DNA of 64,000 nucleotides from an uncultured Candidatus Saccharibacteria bacterium (GTDB lineage: Bacteria; Patescibacteriota; Dojkabacteria; SC72). The stretch covers positions 185,663 through 249,662 of the forward strand of contig CAZEQZ010000002.1 of NCBI GenBank assembly GCA_964514595.1. Reading direction: 5' to 3'. Each line of letters opens with the position of its first letter. The first letter of the stretch is position 1. Of this stretch, positions 50,118-60,129 are shown piece after piece. Below the pieces are notes generated by a model, which saw nothing but the letters and a program-made list of their open reading frames with translations, did no database searches and was not told the DNA's origin. A program made the position numbers and the translations under genes.

Positions 50118-51305
50118 TTATTCCTCTTTCTCATCACTTTCTTCTGATGGTTCTTCTGTTTTAATATTTTCCTCCTCTATACTCTTTTCAGCAACATCTT
50201 CTTTCTCCTCAGTTTGCTTTTCAGTTGCTTTTTCCTCCATATCTTCTTTCGTAACGACCTCACCTCCCGATCCAACTATGTCTATCTTAAAACCTGTCAA
50301 TTTCCAAGCTAATCTAACATTCTGTCCGTCTCTTCCTATTGCCAAAGATAGTTGGTCATCTGCCACAGTTACTGTTGCAGTGTCATCTTCTATTTTAACC
50401 TCATCTATTTTAGCTGGGCTTAGTGCATTGGCAACAAATTGCTCTGGCTCCTCGTCCCACTCTATTATATCAATCTTTTCTTCTCCTAGCTCGTTCATTA
50501 CATTTGCGATACGAATACCTCTCTGTCCGACACACGAACCTATTGGATCAACACCATCTTGCGTGGAGTTCACCGCCATTTTACTTCTAGATCCTGCCTC
50601 CCTTGCAATTGCTTTGACTTCTAAAACTCCAGATTCTATTTCAGGAACTTCCAACTTAAAGAGCTCTATTAAGAAATTAGGATCTGCTCTAGATACCATC
50701 ATCTGAGAATCTACTATATCTTTCAAAAGTACTTTGTACCTATCCCCCAATCTGTAGAATTCGTTTGGTATCTGCTCCTCTACAGGCATATATGCAGTAG
50801 CTTTTCCTATTTCAAATATAACCTGTCCTTTCTGCATCCTTTGCATAAGAGCTGTAAAGACCTCCCCAACCTTGTCACTATACTCACTTATTACTGCATC
50901 TTTTTCAGATTCTCTTATTTTCTGAAGAATTACCTGCTTTGCCGTTTGTGCTGCTATTCTACCGAAATCCTCTGTGGGCATCTCTATCTGAATTGAATCT
51001 CCAACCTCAACGCTTGGGGATATTAGCTCAGCTTCTGATACAGATATTTCCATATCATGATCTTTTACTTTTTTTACAACTTCTTTTGTAGCTATTAGTT
51101 TGTAATCTCCTGTTTCTCTATCCATTTCTACTGAAAGGTTGCTACCCTGCTCATCTTCCTCATCTCTATCTATATTTGTATATTTTTCCTTCTTATATGC
51201 CACTAATATAGCCGACTCAAGAGCTTGGAATATTTCCTCCTTCTCTATACCTCTTTCTGCAGCTATTTGATTAATAGCGGCAACAAATTCTGATATCATT
51301 GCCAT
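50118..51305 (-). CDS. nusA: Transcription factor NusA
   Basis: FGRIAAQTAKQ, AREAGSRSK, LSLAIGRDGQNVRLA. Confidence 0.97.
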   Translation of the reverse strand: MAMISEFVAAINQIAAERGIEKEEIFQALESAILVAYKKEKYTNIDRDEEDEQGSNLSVEMDRETGDYKLIATKEVVKKVKDHDMEISVSEAELISPSVEVGDSIQIEMPTEDFGRIAAQTAKQVILQKIRESEKDAVISEYSDKVGEVFTALMQRMQKGQVIFEIGKATAYMPVEEQIPNEFYRLGDRYKVLLKDIVDSQMMVSRADPNFLIELFKLEVPEIESGVLEVKAIAREAGSRSKMAVNSTQDGVDPIGSCVGQRGIRIANVMNELGEEKIDIIEWDEEPEQFVANALSPAKIDEVKIEDDTATVTVADDQLSLAIGRDGQNVRLAWKLTGFKIDIVGSGGEVVTKEDMEEKATEKQTEEKEDVAEKSIEEENIKTEEPSEESDEKEE

Positions 51306-51337
51306 TTTAGTTTGTTAATCAATTTAAATTTATACCT

Positions 51338-51368
51338 AAAAAAAAAGGTGAGAATATTTATCCTCACC
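51338..51368 (-). terminator. Intrinsic terminator/attenuator in the nusA leader
   Basis: GGUGAGGAU-aaau-AUUCUCACC stem followed by U9, downstream of the predicted nusA promoter. Confidence 0.75.
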
Positions 51369-51395
51369 CTCCTCTTTGTATAACTTTCAATTAAG

Positions 51396-51424
51396 AGTAT
51401 AGCATAACGAAAAAGGAAAGCCAA
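51396..51424 (-). promoter_or_regulatory. Sigma70 promoter for nusA-infB
   Basis: TTGGCT-17 nt-TATACT with TGn extension. Confidence 0.6.
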
Positions 51425-51440
51425 CAAATTTGAAATTATT

Positions 51441-52424
51441 TCAATTCAAATTAATAATTGTTGTCCTTTGAATCAAACGTGTACTCTCAGGATCAAATTC
51501 TCGGTGTATTCCCAAAATTATATTCGAAGAACCACTACTAGCTATTGCTTTAAAATAATAAGTTACAGTAGTTGTATTTCCACCGACCAAACCATTTCCT
51601 ACACTAGAGACATCTCTACCTATTAATTCCATCAGATTTGGATTGTATTGCGGATCAAAATCTGTGTAACCTGTTGTTACATTATACTCAACCGTGAATT
51701 TAACTATTTCTCCTTCCTTCATAGAAATACTCTTATTATCGCTTTCGTCACCATTTATTATCTCAGACTCCGATCTTTGTACATAAAAAATAAAATCGTA
51801 ATTTTTCCCTACATTTACTACCCCCTCTTTCTCAAAATCTTTAATCACTTGGGCACAAACAGTATCTGCAGAGGGAGAAGTAATCAATAATGTAACATTA
51901 ATAATTTTACTCTCCAAATCCTTCTTCGTTGATACCGTTGCCCCGTAACAAGGATTGGGTAAGGTTCCAGTTACAACGTATTTCCATCTACTATCTCCTT
52001 TGTATGTAGCAATTAATTTGAATCCCTCAACAGACCTATTTAGTCCAATATTCTCGGAAATCTCTTCCTTCGTAGGGATATTCCCCGCCTTGTACTCTCT
52101 CCACAACCTTAACCAAAGAGAAAAATCCATCAGTGTTATATTATTATCCGAATCTAAATCTCCTACCAAATTAATTTGGTTTTGTTTATTTTTAAATTTT
52201 CTAAAATTATCCAACCATATGCTAAAGTCTTTTAATGAAATAGAGTTATCATCATCTAAATCTGCTTGTTTAAATTTTTCTCCTAACTCAGCAATCTGTC
52301 CAGCACTACTTCTAGTGTCGAAAACCCCAGATCCCTCTAGAACATAGAATATTGTTAATGGAGTAATTAAGAAAAATCCTATTAGATAAAACAGTACTCT
52401 AACATTATTGTTTAACTTAAACAT
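51441..52424 (-). CDS. Surface protein with dockerin/EF-hand-like repeats and C-terminal chagasin (I42)-like domain
   Basis: ADLDDDNSISLKDFS and GDLDSDNNITLMDFS; NVTTGY loop and VGG...YYFKA. Confidence 0.65.
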   Translation of the reverse strand: MFKLNNNVRVLFYLIGFFLITPLTIFYVLEGSGVFDTRSSAGQIAELGEKFKQADLDDDNSISLKDFSIWLDNFRKFKNKQNQINLVGDLDSDNNITLMDFSLWLRLWREYKAGNIPTKEEISENIGLNRSVEGFKLIATYKGDSRWKYVVTGTLPNPCYGATVSTKKDLESKIINVTLLITSPSADTVCAQVIKDFEKEGVVNVGKNYDFIFYVQRSESEIINGDESDNKSISMKEGEIVKFTVEYNVTTGYTDFDPQYNPNLMELIGRDVSSVGNGLVGGNTTTVTYYFKAIASSGSSNIILGIHREFDPESTRLIQRTTIINLN

Positions 52425-52486
52425 AATTTTATTTCCCCAATATATATTATATTAGTCTATGAAATCCTTTTAGAAAAAACAATATG

Positions 52487-53584
52487 TCAATATTCTTTTG
52501 AAAGCTTGTCCCATAATTCCTTTTCTCTCCTGTTTAACCTTGTTGGTATATCGACATTTATCCTAACATACTGATCTCCCCTTTCTCCCTCTCTATTAAA
52601 TACAGGACATCCCTTGTTTTTAAGTTTAAATATTGTCCCAGACTGTGTACCTTTAGGAATTTTTAATTTAACATCCCCTGTTATTGTTTCCACAGATATC
52701 GTTCCTCCTAAAACTGCAACGGGTACCGGGATATTTTCTTCTGAATAAATATCATTACCCCTCCTATCAAACTTCTCTGATGCTTCAACTTCTATTTCAA
52801 TATATAGATCTCCCACTGTACCTTGATTCCTTCCTGTATTCCCCCCACCTCTAAACCTAAGAACCATACCATCGTATGCACCTGCAGGGATTTTAATGGT
52901 TAATGTTTCTTCCTTACTTTTTACTCCTGTACCTTTACACTCCTTACACGGATTTTCTATAACCTTGCCTGTACCTTGACAATTGGAACATGTTGACATC
53001 ACTGCCATCTGCCCAAGAATTGTATTTCTAACCTGTCTCTGTTGACCTGTTCCATTACAGACAGGACATTCCTTTGTCTTACCATCATCACTACCAGTAC
53101 CTTCACATTTTTCACACCTATCTTCTCTCTTAATCTTTATCTTATACTCTCCCCCCTTCATTGCTTCATCAAAACTAACCCTAACCTTATACCTTATATC
53201 TGAGCCAACATCTTCCCTAGGACCTCTACCCTGTGTACCAAAATCAAAACCAAATCCACTGCCAAAATTACCTCCTCCAAAGAAGGTATTGAAGATATCA
53301 CCCATATCAAACGGAGTACCTTGAAAATCGTATCCATTTCCCGCAGTTCCGGGATTAAATCCTGCTGTACCAGCATGACCGTACTGATCGTATGCCTTTC
53401 TCTTTCCTTCATCCGAGAGAGTTTCGTATGCCTCCTGTATTTCTTTAAATTTCTCTTCTGCATCCGATTCCTTATTTACATCAGGATGATATTTTTTAAC
53501 AAGCTTTCTGTATGCTTTTTTAAGCTGATCACCGCTTGCATCTTTTTTAACACCTAATACTTCATAGTAGTCTCGTTTTTCCAT
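52487..53584 (-). CDS. dnaJ: Chaperone DnaJ
   Basis: J-domain HPD, G/F region, four CxxCxGxG repeats. Confidence 0.97.
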   Translation of the reverse strand: MEKRDYYEVLGVKKDASGDQLKKAYRKLVKKYHPDVNKESDAEEKFKEIQEAYETLSDEGKRKAYDQYGHAGTAGFNPGTAGNGYDFQGTPFDMGDIFNTFFGGGNFGSGFGFDFGTQGRGPREDVGSDIRYKVRVSFDEAMKGGEYKIKIKREDRCEKCEGTGSDDGKTKECPVCNGTGQQRQVRNTILGQMAVMSTCSNCQGTGKVIENPCKECKGTGVKSKEETLTIKIPAGAYDGMVLRFRGGGNTGRNQGTVGDLYIEIEVEASEKFDRRGNDIYSEENIPVPVAVLGGTISVETITGDVKLKIPKGTQSGTIFKLKNKGCPVFNREGERGDQYVRINVDIPTRLNRREKELWDKLSKEY

Positions 53585-53663
53585 AACAGAATGATTTTAG
53601 CAAAGTATGTATATATTTGCTACCCATTTTATCTACAATCTTAAATCTGCTAATATCTATACT

Positions 53664-54458
53664 ATGGAAAATAGTTGGAACGTACAAACACATAGTGAAA
53701 ACAAAGTACGAAGAATACGCATATGGATATCTGCTGTATTGGCACTGTCTGGTTTAGTTATAGTTTCCAGCCAGGTTATACCTTTGACAAAATCATACGT
53801 GGAGGGAGTGGTGGAACAAAGGAGAGTTGACATAAAGGTGGATCCTGTACCAGAGTCGTATAAAAAATATATAGAAGAAGAGTTCGCATATTATGATCCT
53901 GGGAAGAGCTACTTTGCAAATCTTTCCCAGCAGTTGGGGAATTTAGACATTACAGGACAATACTCATATAACCCAGATACCAAGACACAAAGAGAAGTTC
54001 TAATAGACAGAGAGTACAAGACGGATATGTCCGTCACTATTGAGAGTGTAGGGATTAAAAATATTAAAATATCATCGAACGTGGAGAGTTCTAATGAATC
54101 TGTATACAATCAATATCTTAAAAATGGTGTTGCCCACTTTAAAGGTACACCTCTTCCGGGAGATGGAGGAAATTCGTTCATATATGGGCATAGCGCTGTT
54201 GAATCATTTTTTAGTAGACATAGGGATTTGCCTGAAACAATATTTTCTAGACTGAATGATATAGATATTGGACAAAAGGTTGTTGTAAATAGAGAGGATA
54301 AAGTATTAGAATATATCGTAAGGAACAAGAAGATTGTAGATCCTGATGATTTTACAATCCTACAACCTTTACACAACAAAGAAACAGTAACATTAATGAC
54401 TTGTTGGCCTTTGGGTATAGGAACTAAGAGATTAATAGTAGTTGCTGAAAGGAGATAA
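53664..54458 (+). CDS. Sortase
   Basis: N-terminal TM; catalytic His (IYGHS), TLMTC and Arg (KRLIV); start MENSWN. Confidence 0.93.
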   Translation: MENSWNVQTHSENKVRRIRIWISAVLALSGLVIVSSQVIPLTKSYVEGVVEQRRVDIKVDPVPESYKKYIEEEFAYYDPGKSYFANLSQQLGNLDITGQYSYNPDTKTQREVLIDREYKTDMSVTIESVGIKNIKISSNVESSNESVYNQYLKNGVAHFKGTPLPGDGGNSFIYGHSAVESFFSRHRDLPETIFSRLNDIDIGQKVVVNREDKVLEYIVRNKKIVDPDDFTILQPLHNKETVTLMTCWPLGIGTKRLIVVAERR

Positions 54459-54475
54459 CTTTTTAAAACTAGAAC

Positions 54476-55816
54476 ATGGACGATAAACAGAGGAAGACAT
54501 TGATAATTGTGGGAGTTGTTCTATTAATTCTAATGATATCGACTGCAATATTACTTCTGGTAAATAGGAATAAAGGAGGTAATGACCAAGAGCAAATATT
54601 TTCGGGCGAAACGATTGAGTTAACATATTGGGGATTATGGGAACCCTCTTCTGTTATGCAACCAATCATAGATGAGTTTGAAGATAAATATCCAAATATT
54701 AAAATATTGTACTCTCAACAAACTTTCACTAACTATGAATCCAGATTGTATACAAGATTGGAGCAAGCTACAGGATCAGCAGAACCTGCGCCTGACATAT
54801 TTAGAATTCATAATACATGGACACCGAAATACTATTCCTATCTTTCTCCGCTACCATCTTCAGTTATGAATCCACAGGAATATGGTGAGCTATTCTATCC
54901 CACAGCCATAGAAGATTTTTCGGCTAAAGATGGGAATATATATGCCATACCGTGGGAGATAGACGGGTTAATGGTTTACTACAATAAACAGCTTCTATCA
55001 GAGATAGGTACAGACAAACCACCTGAGGATTGGGATTCGTTCTTTGAGTTAGCCCAAAGATTGACCAAAAAGGATGCTAGCGGAAGAATTACTCAATCAG
55101 GTTTGGCAATAGGAACATCGAGAAATATTAGACACTCTGCTGAAATCCTTTCCTTCTTGCTTCTACAAGAGGAGGTCAATGTGATTGACCAAACACGAAC
55201 CAGAGTTACACTGGACACTCCTAAAGTTCAGAAGGTATTTGAAACATATACGAATTTCGCGAGAGGAGATACTGCTATATGGTCCTCCACCTTAAGAACT
55301 GATCTGGAGATGTTCTTTAGTGGTGATCTGGCCATGATGATTGGGCCTAGCTGGAGAGCTTTTGACATTATTGAAGCAGCTCCAACTATTGAGTTTGATA
55401 CTGCCCCACTACCACAGTTGGAAGCTAATCAAGAAAAAATATTCTTTGCCACATACTGGGGAGATGCGGTGAGCAGAACTGCATCTAATCCTGAAGCTGC
55501 GTGGATGTTTATAAAATTCTTGGCAGAAAAAGAGCAACAAATGAAACTGTACTCAAACGCTTCAAAAATCAGAGCATTTGGGGAACCATACTCCTTAGTT
55601 GGACTAAATGAGCAGATGTTAGGAAAACCATACGTCTCAGCAATCGCAGAAATGGCACCGTATATGAGATCGTGGCAAAAGGGTGATGAAATGAGTGTAA
55701 ACACAGCTATTGATGAGGCTATAACAGATATCATTGAAAATGGACAAGATATTAGTACTGCTCTCAAGAAAGCTCAAGAAGCAATTAATGCTAAAATAGA
55801 GGTGACAAATAAATAA
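54476..55816 (+). CDS. Carbohydrate-type extracellular solute-binding protein
   Basis: TM anchor; LTYWGLWE, APDIF, YYNK, PPEDWD, AAWMFIKFL. Confidence 0.88.
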   Translation: MDDKQRKTLIIVGVVLLILMISTAILLLVNRNKGGNDQEQIFSGETIELTYWGLWEPSSVMQPIIDEFEDKYPNIKILYSQQTFTNYESRLYTRLEQATGSAEPAPDIFRIHNTWTPKYYSYLSPLPSSVMNPQEYGELFYPTAIEDFSAKDGNIYAIPWEIDGLMVYYNKQLLSEIGTDKPPEDWDSFFELAQRLTKKDASGRITQSGLAIGTSRNIRHSAEILSFLLLQEEVNVIDQTRTRVTLDTPKVQKVFETYTNFARGDTAIWSSTLRTDLEMFFSGDLAMMIGPSWRAFDIIEAAPTIEFDTAPLPQLEANQEKIFFATYWGDAVSRTASNPEAAWMFIKFLAEKEQQMKLYSNASKIRAFGEPYSLVGLNEQMLGKPYVSAIAEMAPYMRSWQKGDEMSVNTAIDEAITDIIENGQDISTALKKAQEAINAKIEVTNK

Positions 55817-55832
55817 TTAATTAATATAGTAA

Positions 55833-57860
55833 ATGCCCAGAAGAAGTGCCCCAAAACAATACGCCCAAAGATCAGTTATATATCTGACATTTTTTCTCTT
55901 GCTATCTATTCCTGTAGTACTATATGGATTGGCACAAGAGAATCTGGATACCAGAAGACGAGCTTTTGAAGATCTGGAGCTCAGTGAAGAACACCCATGT
56001 TTAATATCACTTCCCAATGTTAACCCATACTCTTTGCAAGTTGGGAGAACAGTTACTATACAGGTAGATGCACTACTCAAGGATGACTACATAGATGAAT
56101 TAGAAATATCTGACTCATCTGGCGACATAATCTATCAAGAAACATTCGAAGGTGCTCCTCTAGAAATAGCTACTAGTTTTCCATTTACACCAAAAGAGTC
56201 GGGAGAGGTAGATATGCTAGGTATTATAAAAAAGGGACAGGGAGGTCGCGTAGAATGTGAAATAAGTAGCCCATACGACATAAAGGGCCTTAGAGCAATA
56301 ACTAATAACAGCTCTCCTGAGTTCACATCCAATCCATCACAATCAGAACCTTCTCAAAATATTGTAACGGGGGATCAGTATGAATATACTGTAACTGCTA
56401 CAGATGCAGATGGTGATAGAATAAACTACAGCTACTCTTTCACGCCCAGGGCTGATTGGTTAAAACCTGTGATCATAGAAGATGGTTCTAATGGGAAATT
56501 AACTATAAAGTTCAGAGGATCTTCGAATAAAGCTGCTAGCTACCTAGCTAACATTTTCATACATGATGGATATAGCAAACATCTAAGATCTCAATCTTGG
56601 GTAATCAGTGTAAGTCCAAAAGAGAATGATATCCCTATTGTCAGAATCATAGACCCCATACAAAGTATTAGAATAGATAGAGGAACTTCGTTTAAAACAT
56701 CTTGGGAAGCTACAGATCTTAATCATATTATTAGATATGAACTATATATTACCAACAACCCCGCAAACGAGGAGTCCTGGAAAGCAATAGATACAGACAT
56801 TGATTATAATACAACTTCATATACTGTAGAGACCCAAGATATTACCCCAGGGACGTATAAAATAATAACCAAGGCAATAGATAATCAAAATCCTGCAGGT
56901 GTAGGTATGGGTGTTTCCTCTGAAATAGTGATAAGTGGAAGTACAGAACAAGAGGAGAAAGATGACGTTGTTACCTTGGAACAGCCTCAGGTCGTAAATA
57001 TGTCCCCTATCAGTACAGAAGAAATTACAAATAAAAGGGTCACTGTGAGAGCTACCATTATTGCCAGTAAAGACTCCACCGTTGATGAGAACAGTATTAA
57101 ATTCACCTTGGATGGAAATGATATAACAGACTCTATCAAGATAAATAGAATCACAAGTAGTGAGCTAACTCTAATATATCAACCGGAGGAAGATCTAGAG
57201 GAGGGAGTACATAAAGCAGAGGTTAGATTTTTGGATAGTAAAGGACTGAGTGTGTCAAAATCTTGGAACTTCACTATACAGGGAGACAGTAGTACTAAAG
57301 AAGATACGTATACAATATTTGGATATGAAATTGCTCAAAACATTGTACTCATAGTGGGAATAGGTGTAATAACAGTCATCCTAGCCTTAGTGGCACCATT
57401 TGTAATATTCACAATTTGGAAGGAGGATAAAGGAGAGAGCGATTTCTATGGACAGCCAAATAGCAAACTTCCTCCATCTACTCCTGTTGATAATACACCG
57501 TATATACTATCCGATGAGAACAACCGAATCAAAGAAAAGGTTGATACTAAGCCAACATCAGAGAAGAAAGAGGAAGATGTTTGGGATATGTATTCCGCTG
57601 CTAAACCAGTGGTAACAGAAGAACAAAAGAGTAAAGATTTGGAGGACCTACAACAGAAAGATTCCATGGAACCATCACCCACCCCACAAAACCAACCTGC
57701 GCTAGAACCAACCGTTAAAGCAGAGCAAGAAATTCCTGTTTCAGAACCTGTAATCCCTGAGCCGGAGATTCCTGACGCTCAGGATTTAGAAAAGATATTT
57801 CAACAAATACAACAGGCTAAGCAAGAAGAGAAACAACAACCTCCTGTAGTTAATGAATAG
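55833..57860 (+). CDS. Ig/cadherin-like repeat membrane protein with Pro/Glu-rich tail
   Basis: TM at the N-terminus and ~aa 500-530; NNSSPEFTSNP...YEYTVTATDADGD. Confidence 0.7.
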   Translation: MPRRSAPKQYAQRSVIYLTFFLLLSIPVVLYGLAQENLDTRRRAFEDLELSEEHPCLISLPNVNPYSLQVGRTVTIQVDALLKDDYIDELEISDSSGDIIYQETFEGAPLEIATSFPFTPKESGEVDMLGIIKKGQGGRVECEISSPYDIKGLRAITNNSSPEFTSNPSQSEPSQNIVTGDQYEYTVTATDADGDRINYSYSFTPRADWLKPVIIEDGSNGKLTIKFRGSSNKAASYLANIFIHDGYSKHLRSQSWVISVSPKENDIPIVRIIDPIQSIRIDRGTSFKTSWEATDLNHIIRYELYITNNPANEESWKAIDTDIDYNTTSYTVETQDITPGTYKIITKAIDNQNPAGVGMGVSSEIVISGSTEQEEKDDVVTLEQPQVVNMSPISTEEITNKRVTVRATIIASKDSTVDENSIKFTLDGNDITDSIKINRITSSELTLIYQPEEDLEEGVHKAEVRFLDSKGLSVSKSWNFTIQGDSSTKEDTYTIFGYEIAQNIVLIVGIGVITVILALVAPFVIFTIWKEDKGESDFYGQPNSKLPPSTPVDNTPYILSDENNRIKEKVDTKPTSEKKEEDVWDMYSAAKPVVTEEQKSKDLEDLQQKDSMEPSPTPQNQPALEPTVKAEQEIPVSEPVIPEPEIPDAQDLEKIFQQIQQAKQEEKQQPPVVNE

Positions 57861-57882
57861 AGAAGTTGGTATAATCAACGCT

Positions 57883-59685
57883 ATGAACAAAACTCATACG
57901 TACAAAGAAATAAGAGATAAATATATTGAATTTTTCAAAGAGAAAGGTCATGCTGTAATCCCAAGTGCATCCTTAGTACCTGAAGATGACCCTTCTGTAC
58001 TTTTTGTAAATGCTGGGATGTTTCCTCTTGTCCCATTTCTAAAGGGAGAAAAACACCCCAAGGGGAATAGATTAACAAATTCACAGAGATGTATAAGAAC
58101 TGGAGATATAGAAGAGGTAGGAAACAAATATCACTGTACTGCATTTGAGATGTTGGGGAACTGGTCACTAAACGATTATTTTAAAAGAGAAGCTATATCA
58201 TACTCTGTGGAATTTTTTGTTAAAGAGCTTGGATTAGATATTAATCATATCTACGCATCTGTCTTTGGAGGAGAGGACGGGATACCAGAAGATGAAGTTT
58301 CCATATCCGTATGGAAAGAAATATTTAAAGAGTACGGTATAGATGCCAAAGTTGGTCCAAATGAAAGAATTCAGAAATTTGGCAAAAAAGAAAATTGGTG
58401 GGGACTAGAATCTGGAGGACCTTGTGGACCTGATTCAGAGATTTTCTTTGATACTGAAAAAGAGAAATGTTCTGATGAGTGTAATGTGTCTTGTAATTGT
58501 GGTAAATATGTAGAGATTGGAAATAATGTCTTTATGGAGTATCTCAAACAGGGAGATGAACTTAAACCATTAGGTAGACATAATGTGGATTTTGGTGGTG
58601 GTTTGGAAAGAATCACTGCGCTAATTCAAAATGTGAACAGTGTATACGATATTGACATATACAAGCCCATACTAGAGAAAGTAAGAGGTATTTCTAAAAC
58701 AGATGATATTAGATCCCAGAGGATAATAGTAGATCATATGAAGGCTTCGTGTTTAATAGTAATGGATGGAATTGTTCCTGGAAGAAATCAACAGGGATAT
58801 ATCTTAAGAAGATTGATAAGAAGAGCAGTCAGACACGGCAAAAAACTTGGCATAGAGAAACCCTTTACAAAGGAAATAGCATTAGCTGTTATAGAACAAT
58901 TTTCTAAAATATATGATGATTTGGAAATTAAGAAAGAGCAAATAATAAAAATCATAGAGGATGAGGAAGTTAAATTTAACAGAACAATAGAAAGTGGTCT
59001 TCGAGAACTAGATAGACTACTTGAAAAAGAAAGTGGTGTTGACGGAGCAGTAGCTTTTCAATTATACGAGACATACGGACTACCCCTAGAGGTCACTGAG
59101 GAGATACTCCAAGAAAAAAACTTAAATCTTAATAATCGAGACACCTTTTTTGAATCTGAGAGAGAACATCAAGAAAAATCTAGAACATCTTCTAAAGGCA
59201 TGTTCAAAGGAGGATTATCTGACACCTCAGATATGTCTACCAAATACCACACTGCAACTCACCTACTTCTTGCATCGCTAAGGAAAGTATTAGGGGATCA
59301 CATCTATCAAATGGGAAGCAATATCACACCAGAGAGATTAAGATTAGATTTCCCAAATGAAACTAAACTAACACCAGAAGAAATAACGAAAGTAGAGAAC
59401 TTGGTAAATGAGACTGTCGATAAGGGCTTAGATATTACATATGAAGAGAAAAGTAAGGATGAAGCTTTAGAAATTATTCAGAAATACTCCTCCACAGCAT
59501 CATTTACTGAAAGATATGGAGATATTCTAAAAGTCTACTATGTTGGACCTAAGGAAGATCCATTTTCGGTAGAGATATGTAATGGCCCTCATGTTGAAAA
59601 TACCAAAGAGCTTGGGAAATTAAAAATCACTAAGCAAGAGAACGTAGGGGCAGGAATTAAGAGAATAAAAGCTGTGTTAGAATAA
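57883..59685 (+). CDS. alaS: Alanine-tRNA ligase (short form lacking C-Ala)
   Basis: LFVNAGMFP, FEMLGNWS, GPCGPDSEIF, editing HTATH and CNGPHV; ends at GIKRIKA. Confidence 0.96.
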   Translation: MNKTHTYKEIRDKYIEFFKEKGHAVIPSASLVPEDDPSVLFVNAGMFPLVPFLKGEKHPKGNRLTNSQRCIRTGDIEEVGNKYHCTAFEMLGNWSLNDYFKREAISYSVEFFVKELGLDINHIYASVFGGEDGIPEDEVSISVWKEIFKEYGIDAKVGPNERIQKFGKKENWWGLESGGPCGPDSEIFFDTEKEKCSDECNVSCNCGKYVEIGNNVFMEYLKQGDELKPLGRHNVDFGGGLERITALIQNVNSVYDIDIYKPILEKVRGISKTDDIRSQRIIVDHMKASCLIVMDGIVPGRNQQGYILRRLIRRAVRHGKKLGIEKPFTKEIALAVIEQFSKIYDDLEIKKEQIIKIIEDEEVKFNRTIESGLRELDRLLEKESGVDGAVAFQLYETYGLPLEVTEEILQEKNLNLNNRDTFFESEREHQEKSRTSSKGMFKGGLSDTSDMSTKYHTATHLLLASLRKVLGDHIYQMGSNITPERLRLDFPNETKLTPEEITKVENLVNETVDKGLDITYEEKSKDEALEIIQKYSSTASFTERYGDILKVYYVGPKEDPFSVEICNGPHVENTKELGKLKITKQENVGAGIKRIKAVLE

Positions 59686-59688
59686 AAT

Positions 59689-60129
59689 ATGGAAGAGTAC
59701 CCAATCCTAGCTATAGATTATGGAGAGAAGAATTTTGGTCTTGCAATATCAGACTCTAAAGGAATTATGGCCACACCACTAGATACAGTCTCCATAACGA
59801 AGAAAAGAGATATTAATTTTGTGATACAAGACATATTAAGACTCTGCGAAGAGTACAATGTGAAAGGAATACTGGTAGGAAAGCCTCAAGTATTTAGTGA
59901 AAATCAAGAAAAAACTGAGAAAAAAATTTCTAAATTTATATCACTGCTCAAAAACAGTACCAATATACCACTTAATACATACGATGAAAGCTTTTCTACA
60001 ACTGAAGCTCAAAATGTGTTAACATCTTCTGGACAGAATTACAAAAGCTACAAGAACAAGATTGACAGTGTAGCTGCTACAGTATTTTTACAAGAATTTC
60101 TAAATTCAAAAAACAAAAAAAATGAATGA
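59689..60129 (+). CDS. ruvX: YqgF/RuvX family nuclease
   Basis: LAIDYGEKNFGLAISD, DESFST, IDSVAA; alaS-ruvX-mltG synteny. Confidence 0.93.
   Translation: MEEYPILAIDYGEKNFGLAISDSKGIMATPLDTVSITKKRDINFVIQDILRLCEEYNVKGILVGKPQVFSENQEKTEKKISKFISLLKNSTNIPLNTYDESFSTTEAQNVLTSSGQNYKSYKNKIDSVAATVFLQEFLNSKNKKNE

Noticed and set aside
53585-53663. Gene-strand switch as a possible replication origin
   Set aside because: It is only ~80 nt with no DnaA-box cluster or dnaA/dnaN nearby; a divergent promoter region explains it.
48537-59685. Short IF2 and short AlaRS as pseudogenes
   Set aside because: Catalytic motifs are intact, and such trimmed forms are common in reduced genomes.
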